The position numbers and the translations under genes were made by a program. The notes below the pieces were generated by a model, which saw nothing but the letters and a program-made list of their open reading frames with translations, ran no database searches and had not been told where the DNA came from. Positions 36,401 through 48,400 of a stretch of 61,001 nt of DNA are shown piece by piece (position 1 is the first letter of the stretch; each line of letters begins with the position of its first letter). Source of the stretch: Gekko japonicus (Eukaryota); assembly GCF_001447785.1 (NCBI RefSeq), contig NW_015174995.1, positions 1 through 61,001 on the forward strand, in the 5' to 3' direction.

Positions 36401-39400
36401 CTCCAAGCACTGGGTTTTATAGACACTTCCTAACAAGCCCTTATTAACAGCCAGCTGCTTGGAAGTACTGCTGCAACTATTCCAGGCTGTCATTAGCAAG
36501 AAGCTGGCAATGGTCCAGGAGACATGTACTCTGCCTCCTTGCTTGCAGTTCCCTTCTAAGCATCTGTCTCCGGAACGCAAAGCGTGGAGGAGAACCTGGT
36601 GGACTGATCTCACTTAACTGGGTCTCACATGCTGCATCAGGGCTAGGTGCTGGTGGGTCTGGGTCAGCTGCTGGCTGTGAGCCTTGATTAGTCTGTAGGT
36701 CCTCTGCCATTGGTTCAGGGCTGACTATGTGAAGCGCCTCTGCACCTGAGGAGTCCCCTTCTCCTGAGGAGTCTCCAACATTGTTTGTCTCAGGCTGACA
36801 CATGACACATAACATCCAAATCACAATATTTCATAGTCTCACTGTACACCACATTGGTCAGGGCACACCTGGAGTACTGCGTGCAGTTCTGGAGGCCTCA
36901 CTTTGAGCCAGTTTGGTGTAGTGGTTAAGTGTGCGGACTCTAATCTGGGAGAACCGGGTTTGATTCCCCACTCCTCCACTTGCACCTGCTGATGTGACCT
37001 TGGGCCAGTCGCAAGCTCTGGCACAGCTGTCCTTGAAAAAGAGCAGTTTGTGTCAGAGTTCTCTCAGCCCCACCCACCTCACAGGGTGTCTGTTGTGGGG
37101 AGGGGAAGGGAGAGGAGTTTGTAAGCTGCTCTGAGACACCTTTGGGTAGTGAAGGGCGGGGTATAAATCCAATCTCTTCTTCTTCTTCTTCTTCACTTAA
37201 AAAATTATGTGGACAGAATGGAGTGGGTACAGAAAATAGTGATGAAGATGGTCAGGGGCCTGGAGACCAAACCCTACAAAGAAAAGCTAAGGGAACCAGG
37301 AATATTCAGTCTACAGAAGAGTATATGAACAGCTGTCACTTAGAGGAGGGTGCAGAGATGTTCCCCTGTTGAAGCAGAGGATAGGTCTCGTAATAATGGG
37401 TTTAAATTGCAGGATAAAAAATACCGGCTGTATATTAGGAAAAAATGTTTTGAAGTAAGAGAAGTTGAACAGTAGAATCAGCTGCCTAGGAAGATGGTGA
37501 GCTCCCCCTCCCTGGCAGTCTTCAAGCATTAGCTGAACAAACACTTGTTAGGAATGCTTTAGGCTGATTCTGCATTGAGCAGGGGTTGGATTAGATGGCC
37601 TGTATGGCCCCTTCCAATTCTGTGATTCTATGATTCTACCCATCCACTCTGGTCATCTTTGGAGACCCCACTTTGTTTGCCCCTGCCATCCAAAGCTAAA
37701 TGGGTAGCAACCCAAGAAAGGCCTTTATTGGTCACGGAACCAGAACTTGGGAACTCCCTCCCAAGAAAGACTCACCTGCCTCCTTCTATTGATGTCTTTC
37801 ACCAGGAGAGGAAGACTTTTTTGTTTCATCTGGAATACCCTCAGAAATGGTTACTGGCCCTCCTTTTGGTGCTGTTTGTTTATGCATTTTTAATTAAATT
37901 ATTTTATAAGATTAAATTTATTTTTAATTGCTCATTTAAAAAAAAATTAAAACCTTTGCTCCCTTGTGGACTCCAGTCAGGAGGAAAGGTGGCCTTTTAA
38001 AAAGATATTTAAACAAACCAACAAATGAGTGTATAAGTCAACTCTCTGCTTCCCCTCAACAAACTATTTTTGCTGATCTTCTGCCAAATTTTGCCAGTAG
38101 GCCCCTGATTTTGTGGTCATTTCAGTGCTTGAAAAGCTGCCTGTTTGCACGATTTTGCATTTTGTCTTCAGGTTTGTCTTAGCATGAAAATGAAAGTGCA
38201 AAAGTAGTAATACTTCAAAATATTTTTTAATTATAAAATTGATAGATTGCTAATACTAGCAAGTCAATATGGCATATAATTGCTAGAATACTGATGATCA
38301 TATAATCCTATAAAATTTTATTCTTTATTTACAGAATCATCACATCCTTCATCACCAGGTAATAGAATACCATCTCTATTTTTGTTTTTACATGGGTGAA
38401 CTCTATTTCTGGGAAGGAAAGCATGATACAGCTTTGCTCCAGCTTTTAAGTATTAAAGGTCACAGGTGACTGTAACGTTTTGTTCTTTCTAACAGAAAGT
38501 GCTGGTGTTCCAGATCTTGTAACAGGTAAGACATTAGTCCTATGTTACCTAAATTTTAGTTCATCAGGCAATGAACTAAGCTGGAATCTGATTGTCACAA
38601 AGTTCTACTATTTCACAATTAGATGATATAGGAAATGTTCTCCTAGCCTTCAGGGAACTATGTGAAATAAGCAATTGGATTATCTCACCAGTTGGGTAAC
38701 ATTAAATTACATAGTACACCTGAAAATATGAAGCTGCCTTATATTGAATCAAACTCTTGGTCCATCCCAGTCAGTACACTCTACTCAGACAGGCCGATGC
38801 ACTCCAGGGTCTTAGGCAGAGATATTTCACATCACCTACATCCAAATTGTTTAACTGGAGATGCCAGGAACCTGGGATTCCTGCATGCTGAGCAGATGCT
38901 CTACCACTGAGCCACAGTCCTCCACCACAGTAGATCCTTGCTCTCTGCAAGAAGTATCTTATATGTATTTTCATTCTGAAGCAAGTCGGAGTACCTCTCT
39001 GGCACTGGTGACTGAGAAGTATGGGCGTAGATTAACTCTCTAAATATTTCATTTATTTAACAATTCCAAAATATCATTGCTCTTTCATGTTACTTAGATG
39101 CAATGCATTAGCTTCCACTGAGATGAAGAGCCGTTTTAGTAGAATCCCCCCTGATAAATGTTTTTGTATGTACTGTAAGGATCAAGTTGACTCAACTGCC
39201 TGTATCCTTTTTAACTGCCCCTGTTATAATTCACTTCCCAACCCATATATTACTCCCTGGACTGACTGCCAATAGAACATTTCTGAACAGCAGAAACTAA
39301 AGATTTTACTGTCAGGCAAGATAAAGAAGTGTACATGTGATCTAGCCATATTTATATACGCAGTTGCAAATTATCTGTAACATAATTTGACATATGGCTT

Positions 39401-42400
39401 GTGGGCTGTTAAATTACAGGGAAAGGAAAGGAAAAGTCCTATGCTGTGCACCCTACCTACTGAACTATGAGGTATCCTAGCTGAGGTTTATGAAGTGCTG
39501 GGGGGGCTGTGATTGGCTGTGGCTTTAGTCATCATCATATGCTCTGCCTGGGCTTTTGAGCGGGGCATGCCTGCAGGGGGGCTCTTTGCCTGCCTTGTTG
39601 TATCAGCTCCTACCGGTTATATCATGGTTTTGGGCAGCATAACTTTACACTGTTGGGGGGCACCTAAGGGTGCTAACAAGCTCCCGCCCTGCCCCCAGAT
39701 GCATCCCTTTCTCTGCTGATGCAGCAGTTTGTGCTGAGTTGCTCTGCAAAGTTGCCACAGCAGTGCCCGCCTGGGGCATAGAACTGCCAGGGTGCTTCAC
39801 TGGTGCATCTCAGAGATGCACTGGTGGAACACTTTGCCAGCTCCCTGCATCCTTTCAGACGCCCCTCTCTCTGGATTGTGCTGTTAGTTTTGTTTCTCGC
39901 CATATAATAAATGGCACCAATTTAATCTAATTAATATTTGTTTCAAAATTCTTATTTTCTCTTTTTTGATACAAAACACTACCATTCTTCCCACCTGGAA
40001 AAAATTTTTTAACATGTTCCATCATTCTGAGTCCCAAATACATGAAAATTGTTGAAAATTTAGATTGGGAGTTTAGGATGGACTCTCATGCCAAAATGGA
40101 CTCTGTGAAGATCAAATGTACTGTCTGGCTCACTAAATGTAAAGATTATAAATCCTTTGGCCCACTGAAAACACTGACCAATGTTTATTAGATCATCAGT
40201 TGTTAAATCTTTGCCTTTAGTTATTTAGTTAAGATATTTGTGCCACCATTCGCCCAGCATGGGAACTAATAAAGGCAGCTAACAAACCATCAGTAAAATA
40301 AAAAAATAAAATATAATACAAAGTTTTCCACCCATCCTGTAACTTAGCCAATTTTTAATTTTTAAAATGGTTGGCATGTAGAATGTGATTGATTAAAATG
40401 ATAAAGTGTCAGTTTGACAAGATTGACATTTGCTTTCTTCATATTTTAACGCTTACAGCTCCTAAGACATACAGAATACCTTCAAGAGGTAAATTCAGCT
40501 TTCTCCATTAATTATATAGCATATACAATTAAAATGTGGTTTGGGGTTGACCTTCTTCTGGTGTTCTCTGTTCATGTTTACCTTACAAGTATAGGTATGA
40601 ACCCAGCAAGGATAAAGGCAATTGAAAGGAGCATTTGATGGGGAGATCTGCTGGTAGAGGAAGGCTTAAGCTGCCCTCCCAGATTTCCTCTGATGTGAAC
40701 AGACTCTCTTGAAAACAGACTGCAAGAGAACAGAAACCATTCTGACTTTTATTCTTTTTACATTACAACATCGATGCACTGCATTTCTGCCCTCATAAGG
40801 GCCACCAAGGGAGCCAACAAAACATACATAATAAAATCACATCTTAAAAAAACATTAAAATCAGCAAAAACAAATCATTCAAGCAATTATAATCAGAGTC
40901 AAAATACATACCAAAACATAAAAGCAATGATTGAGAACAGTGGGCAGGCAAGAGGGATCACTGAGGAAATGCCAAACAAAACAAAAAGTCTTCACCCACT
41001 GACAGAAGATGGTAACAGAAGGAGACAAATGAGTATTCCAAAGGAGAGAGTTGCAGAGTTTTGAGGATGGACTGAGCTCCCGTCTCTGGCCCCAGCTCCT
41101 GCCAACCTACCAGTTCAAAAGCAAGAAATTCCAAGTAGATAAATAGGTACCACTTCAGTGGGAAGGTAGCAGCATTCCATGCACCTTGGCGTTTAGTCAT
41201 GCCGGCCACATGACCACATGAAGAGCGCTGGCTCTTCAGCTTGGAAACAGAGATGAGCACTGCCCCCTAGAGTCAGATTTGACTAGCTTTCGAGCAAGGG
41301 AAACATTTACCTAGTGAGAGGGTTCTCTTTCAGGTTGCCACCCACCTAATCTCAGAACGGGGGGCAACTGAAGCAGAGCCTCCAAAGATGTCTGCAGTGA
41401 TTGGGTAGGTTTATAACGGTAGGTTCAGAGGGTAGGTTGGCCTTTAGGTTTGCTGGTTCCAAACCATATATGGCAGGGGTGTCAAACATAAGGCCTGGGG
41501 GCCAGAACCAGCCCACCCAGGGCTCTTATGCAGCCTGCAAGGAACTAGTGCAAGGGAGGGAACAGGAGACTGCTTGAGGGGAAATGGGTAGAGCCACTTT
41601 GACTGTGGCTTCAGCACGGCAGAACAACCTCATCTACAGCAGTCAAGCAGCGTGGGAGCATCTGCCCAGTGCTGCACTGCTAACTCTCTAATCTGCCCAT
41701 ATGGCTTTTCTTTTGCACCCCCCCCAGCCCATGAGGCCTTGCAGCGAGGATACACCAACTCAGAGCTTACCAGCTGCTGTCCTTTGTACAGTTTATGTCT
41801 CCGGTACCTGGCAATACATTATATGACACAGATGGCCCAGCGCGACAAAGTGACATTTATGTCAGATATGGCCCTCGTAACCAATGAGTTCAACACCTGA
41901 GATACACAGCTTTAAATGTCAACACTTTGAACTCTGCTGTGGAAAACGTTGGGAGTTTAGTGTAGATGGGATAAGACTGGAGTGATATGGTTAGGCTTGC
42001 CAAGTCCCCCTGGGGGGTGGAGAAACCCCCGCCCGAGAGGCCCGTTACCCACTGTCGGTGGATCGGGCCCCGGGGGAACCCCACCCCCAAAGCACGCAAC
42101 ATGCCCAACGTCAGCATGTCACCCGGAAGTGACGCAGTCACGTCGGGCGCATTGGGGGCGGGGTCGCGGTCGTCCAAGGGAAAACTCTATGGTTTTCCCT
42201 TGGATGATTGTGGGCCCACCCCCAGCGTGCAGTACAAACTAAAGGGGGGTATTTTTTCAAGCCTGCCACAACCAGGTGCAGTGTACAGAATTCTCAGCAG
42301 AACCAGTGCCACTGTGGCAATTCAAGGACTGATCTTAAAGCACAGAGTCACAAGAACTCCAAGCCAGGGGAGGGGTTGCAACCCCAGAACAACCAGTTCA

Positions 42401-45400
42401 GTGTGCAGAATATCCAGCAGAACACAGTGCCACTGGCACAGCAAGCTTAAAAGGACTGATTTCAAAGCACAGAGTAACAACAAGTCCAAGTTGGTGTGTG
42501 TGTAAATTTTGCAAGCTCTGTGCAAGAAAATGGAAAGGGAACACAAAGGAAGGAGGGCAAAGGGGGAAAAAACCTCTTGAAACTGGCAAGACTAGTTTGA
42601 AACTGACAAGAGCAGTGGGGAAGCCCATAGAAACCCTAAGACACAGAGATAAAAAAGAAAAGGAAAATACAATCCCCAGGAACCTGCAATGCTGGCTTCC
42701 AATCATCTTGGAAAATATTAAATATATCCAGCATTTTCCAGATTTTTTTCCTGGTTTTTCGAAAAATCCCAGTGTCTTTGAGAAGCTGAAATATACCCCA
42801 AAATACCAATAAGGTATTCTTGGGGTATATTTTCGGCTCAGGTGTATCCAAATTCACACCCCATGTCAGGATTAAGTTTCAGTTCATTAGTCTGCATCCA
42901 CTCCAAAACTGCCACCAGACACCAGTTCACGTTTTTTACAACTTCCCTGCAATCGGCTGGAAGAGCGAGATAGAACTAAACATCATCTGCATATTGGTGA
43001 CAACCCAGCCCAGATCTCCACATGACCTCACCCATCAGTTTCATTTAGATGTTAATGAGCATAGGGCACAAGATAGAACCTTGCAGGATCCCACAGGACA
43101 AAAGCCAAGGGGCTGAACAGCAGTTCCCCCTCTTCTGAAATTTACCCTCTACATAGTACCATAGCCCCACAGAACAGCACCTCCCAATCCCAGCCCAGAA
43201 AGGCAGTCCAGAAGGATATCATGATTGACAGTATTGGACAGATCCAGGATAATCAATGGAGTTGCAGTTCTCTGTCCATCTCAGTGTGCAGGTCACCAAC
43301 CAGGGCAAACAAGATTGTTTCAATACCATAAAACCAGATTGGAAAGGATCTAACAATTCTCTTCAAGGAGCTTGAAGCTGTCCAGCCATTTTGTTACGTG
43401 CAGCTTTATATATACAATTCACTACTCAGTTTCTTTCTTATGATAAAGTTTCATATAGGACATCAGATATAATTATTTTGGTACAATAGGAAAACAAAGG
43501 ATGTGGTTGTGTTCCTACAGCCATATGAATCACAAATTCACAAAATAATCCCTTAAAAGGAGGGGTCTAATGAAGCAAAATATGTGGGAGGGGAAGATTG
43601 CTGTACTGACTTCAGTAGCTTGGGTTCCTTGAATGCAAAGTCTGCAAGTACAGCGGAAATACTGAAGCTGATTTATCCCTCAGAAATACCCATGATCACT
43701 TCTCCAGGAGCCCAAGCTAGTCTACTGTTGTTTGAACTAATAAGGCAGGTCCTATTATTGAGCAAAGAGAAAAGCTCCCTCCAGTGGAAGACTTGGATTC
43801 TATTGTTAGACAGAAAATATTCCATTATTTACTTTACTGAATTTCTATCTAGGAAAATGGGGGTGTAATTTGGATTTTCAGCCCCAATTGCCAAAATGTC
43901 TTGGGTTGTCAGTGTCAGGGGTCATTTCGCAGAAAAAGAGGTGCAGGAGCTCATTAACATAACTCATTAGCATAGCTTATTTGCATATGCCACACCCCCT
44001 GACGTCACCGGAAGTGTGTCAGAAGGCAACACCCACCGCTCAGGCTCCACTGGACTGTTGGCAGAACAACCTCATCTACAGCAGTCAAGCAGCGTGGGAG
44101 CATCTGCCCAGTGCTGCACTGCTAACTCTCTAATCTGCCCATATGGCTTTTCTTTTGCACCCCCCCCAGCCCATGAGGCCTTGCAGCGAGGATACACCAA
44201 CTCTGAGCTTACCAGCTGCTGTCCTTTGTACAGTTTATGTCTCCTGTACCTGGCATTACATTATATGACACAGATGGCCCAGCCTGACAAAGTGACATTT
44301 ATGTCAGATACGGCCCTCGTCCAGAAGGATATCATGATTGACAGTATTGAAAGTCACTGACAGATCCAGGATAATCAATGGAGTTGCATAGTGATGGGTG
44401 AACTTCCCTCTAGGCTCGTGGGTGAATAAATTACAAAGCAAAAAAGGAGCACATTAGGGGAAAGGGTTTTGGTTCTTGAATGTACTCTTTTGTCTTGCAT
44501 TTGCTTGCTTTGGTGTATGAGTACCCTGCCCTCTTACCCAAAAGCAGCTGCTCGTGCATGGGCCGCTCAAATCCCCTCTTTGGTGGCTGTGATAGTTTCC
44601 TTCTTCTTTTCCTTGGAAGCAGCAGTAGTAGCACCTCTTTCTTTCTCTTTTCCATTCCCCTCCACAGTAGGTAAGGTCTCTGGGTGATATGTGTGTTAGG
44701 ACATGATGTTTTCCCACAGTGTTTGACTATTGCAAGGCATCATAAGAAAATGACACACCTTACCTATCCTATTGCTTGAAAGGGCAACCTAATAGCGGTT
44801 CAAGCATCTGGGTGTGGGGAAAGGACAGATAAGACAAATAGGAAATAAAGGCATAGTGCTGCCACTCCAGAAGGGGAGAGAGAAGATAGGGATAGCTAGC
44901 ACTAGATCGTGAACAAAGTCAGGAACTAAAATTGCATTCATGTTTAGTTGTGTGACACTGTTGCTTCTTTTCATCAATCAGTGATCTCGTGTTCTGAAAG
45001 ATACATGTATGTACGTATCAGCAAACATGACCTCCAGGCTTTGGGCTACAATCCATGGGATTTGCATCTGAATCATAATTCCTGTAGATGTAAAACTACT
45101 CCAGGCTACGTTTTCTGCAACATACCACTCCATGGTTGTGGCACAGTAAAACAAGTAAGAAAAATGGTGTTGGGGCGGTTATTAAATATAAACTGTATTC
45201 TGGTTTCTTTTGAAACAAAAATACATTCTGGTTCTATTTTATATGGATGGGGAAAGTATTTCTTTTATTCACTGTGTGAGCTGGTAAAGACATAAGGCTC
45301 CTTCTTCATTGTGGGTAAAAAAAGTTGTATGCTGACTTAGGGAAATGTATGCTTCTTAATTCAATACCACCCTACTCTCCTCTGGAGTTCCTTACACCCT

Positions 45401-48400
45401 CCTGCCTTACTTACAGTGTAGAGATACATCAGCACTGAACAGGGTTTTCTGGTTAGGAGGGATGCAAGTTAGGGTATCCATGGTTAAAGTCAGCATTGGC
45501 ACTTACCCTAAAAATAGTCCATACAAGAAATAATTTGTTGTTGAGGGGTATGAGGAGGGAGTGTGAGTTCCTGATACTGGCTTCTGATTTCATGACCCCA
45601 CTTAAGAGTGCTCACAGCAAACAGACTGAATATATTTAGAGTGATTATAATAGGAAATACATACAATTCAAAGATTACAATGACTGAGGAATGGCAAATT
45701 CATATTTAAATAGGTGTCAAAGATTTCAGTGATTAAGGAATAAGCAATCATAACAAATTGCAGACAGGAATCTAGACATGGTCCTGTTTTGAGGCATTCT
45801 TCTTCAGTATACAAATACCAAATAGACAAAAATGTTGTTCTGCCCTCTTATAAAAACGAATGTATTCACACTGCAATAAAAGACAAAGGATATTAAAGCT
45901 ATACATTATTTTTGATTTTTTTCAACTATAATGAAGAACTCTACAGAGACTTCTTTAACACAGCTGCAGTTTGAAAATATCCTTGTCATTTAATAATGCT
46001 GACCCTTTAGTGTGGATACAAAATTAAACATTCCTTATGTACACGCAGCCTGAAGGGAACTACAAAAATTCACTTCATTCAAGTTTTAAAGGGCCTTATC
46101 TGCCTTGTCCGGAGATAGCAGTCAACAATTGCTGAGAAACTTCATTCATAGTCAGACTTCTAGGTCAGGAATCCCTGTAAAGCATAGTGAACTATAATAT
46201 AAACATACTAAAACAGTAAAGTTCAGACATACTCAGGGAGTACGGAGATTTCTAACAGCAGCTGGTGAAATAAAACTCTCGTTACAGACTGCAAAGTGTA
46301 GTACTCAGGAATCCCAGGCAATAGGTATGTTAGGACATGATGAGTGATTCAGGGATTAGAATGTGAATTCTTTAGTCATCTGTATAGGGTTTATTTCTTG
46401 TTACATATTCCTCTGCAATTATTGCAATGATCATTCCTAAAATATTCACAATTATTGCAATAATCATTCTTAATATATTCACAATGTTTTTTCTGTTCAT
46501 CAACACCGCAGTCCATCTTTATCTGTTTTTTTTCCACACTTGCACATCTGAATATGCTTTGCATTTTTCAGAATTACAGATGTACGTGTAATCATCTTTG
46601 TATTTCCAGTTGCTTTTCTTCTGGTGGGAACAATCATACATCTTAAAATATTTCGGGATATTTAGGTTAAAGAAATCATTGAACTCTAAACTCCATAAGA
46701 CCCCCTTTAATAACTATCATTCTGAAATATTAGTGGATCTTTAAATGGTCAAGTATACTGTACAAGGTATTTGGCAACTTATATATGATACTGACATGGT
46801 ATCCTTGTTTTCTGTCCTTCAGCAGAAAAATTATGGCACTATAGTATATTCCAATGTAATCAAGACATCTTCCTTGGGCTACACCTTTATGAGGAAAAAG
46901 CATTTCAACAAGGGAGTGATAACTCTATTTCATGTTACGTGTGAAATGAATGAAAGCAAACTTCCAAGACGACGTTTTGTTACCAAAAATGATATTACTA
47001 CAACACAGCATGGCAAATACAACGTTAATATTTCACTCTATGACTCATTATCTTTCAAAACTCCAATTTATAATCAATATTTCATGCATCGAAACCAGGA
47101 CGCATTCCTCCAAGCCTCTCTCCACAGTTCTGATCCAAAGTTGGTCTTATTTATGGACACATGTGTGGCATCTCCAGACATCAACTTCAAAACCTTGACC
47201 TATGACTTGATCAGGAGTGGGTGAGTGTATTTTACATGACTAAAATGAGAGGTATTTTGCTGTCTTTCTGGTTCACACAGCCAAGGAGTGAACAATTCAT
47301 TCTTTCCTTGTGCATTGCACAGCTATGACAAGGTTTTGCTCACAAAATGTCAAATAAACATGGAGTTGGGTTACTTTATTGCATCATTTGCCTCATCCAC
47401 CCTTCAAATGAGATTACAAGACAAAACCTTGGGTTTAACTAGTTTATATAGTTAACTGATCTACATCACAATGTTAAGCATGCTAACTGCTATTGTGTTT
47501 AAATGGGCAGGCTATGCTAGGCAGCGTGACTGTGGCTAACTTTGATAGACAGACTCACCCTGAGCCCAAACACAAACTTGGTCTGCATTGGCTGCACACA
47601 ATGTTCCAAGAGGTGCCCAGCCTCAGCCCCCTACCCTGATATACCACACGGCTTTTACCATGTTCAAAGAAGATGGTGCTCAGCACTGAAAGTGCTCCTT
47701 CTCAGCCACACCCCACCACACAGCCAATGATGCATTGTTTCAGATACACCCTCCATCACTTTTGATTTCTCAGGGTGCTTGCCAACCATCCCTGTCTAAC
47801 CAGAACAGCCCACCCTATCCTTGCCACACTAGTTATGACCTAAAGAGTCAACCCTCAGGTTTATTTAACCAACCGTAACCCTGACATCCAGAGAAGCTGC
47901 AAAATATTCCTGCTCAGCCCCAAAAGGCAACCAGTCAATTCCTTGATGTCCATAGGGAGGGTGGGAGGGTCAGCAGCCAGGAGCAAAAGCCTGCTTGGGG
48001 AAGGCACAGCCAGGATATATGCTGGACAGCTGCACCTCCCCATTGACTGCTATTTGAATGGATCACCCAGTAATGCTTTATGCCTTATTTGAACTCCAGT
48101 GGGGCCAAGGCAAACAGATCCTCGGCTTTAACATCAGGAATACCACAATTCCTAACAAAGCTCTAATATTTCTAGGGAGAATTATGGAGACCGATTTCAC
48201 TCTCTAAAGTCAATGGGCTTAGAAGAGTGTAACTCTGTTTACGATTGCATTGCAAGTGTCTTAGGACTATCTCTTTGTCTCATCATTTAAATATCCCCAG
48301 ACAGAGGCAGGACAGTCCAATGGTATATGGATTTATATATTAATGGTCCTGGCAGATGTCCTTTTGATTATGACCAGTTTTGTGATTCTATATAACTTCC

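Larger units (their letters stand above)
35945..37635 (+). mobile_element. CR1 3' portion interrupted by a solo LTR and a SINE
   Basis: MQFSKDKCRVL..EQDLRV motif; acacctggagtactgcgtgcagttctgg; (attctatg)-type tail at about 37617-37637. Confidence 0.8.

Noticed and set aside
36905-36975. tRNA gene
   Set aside because: The A/B boxes belong to a SINE head followed by a SINE body and (TCT)n tail.
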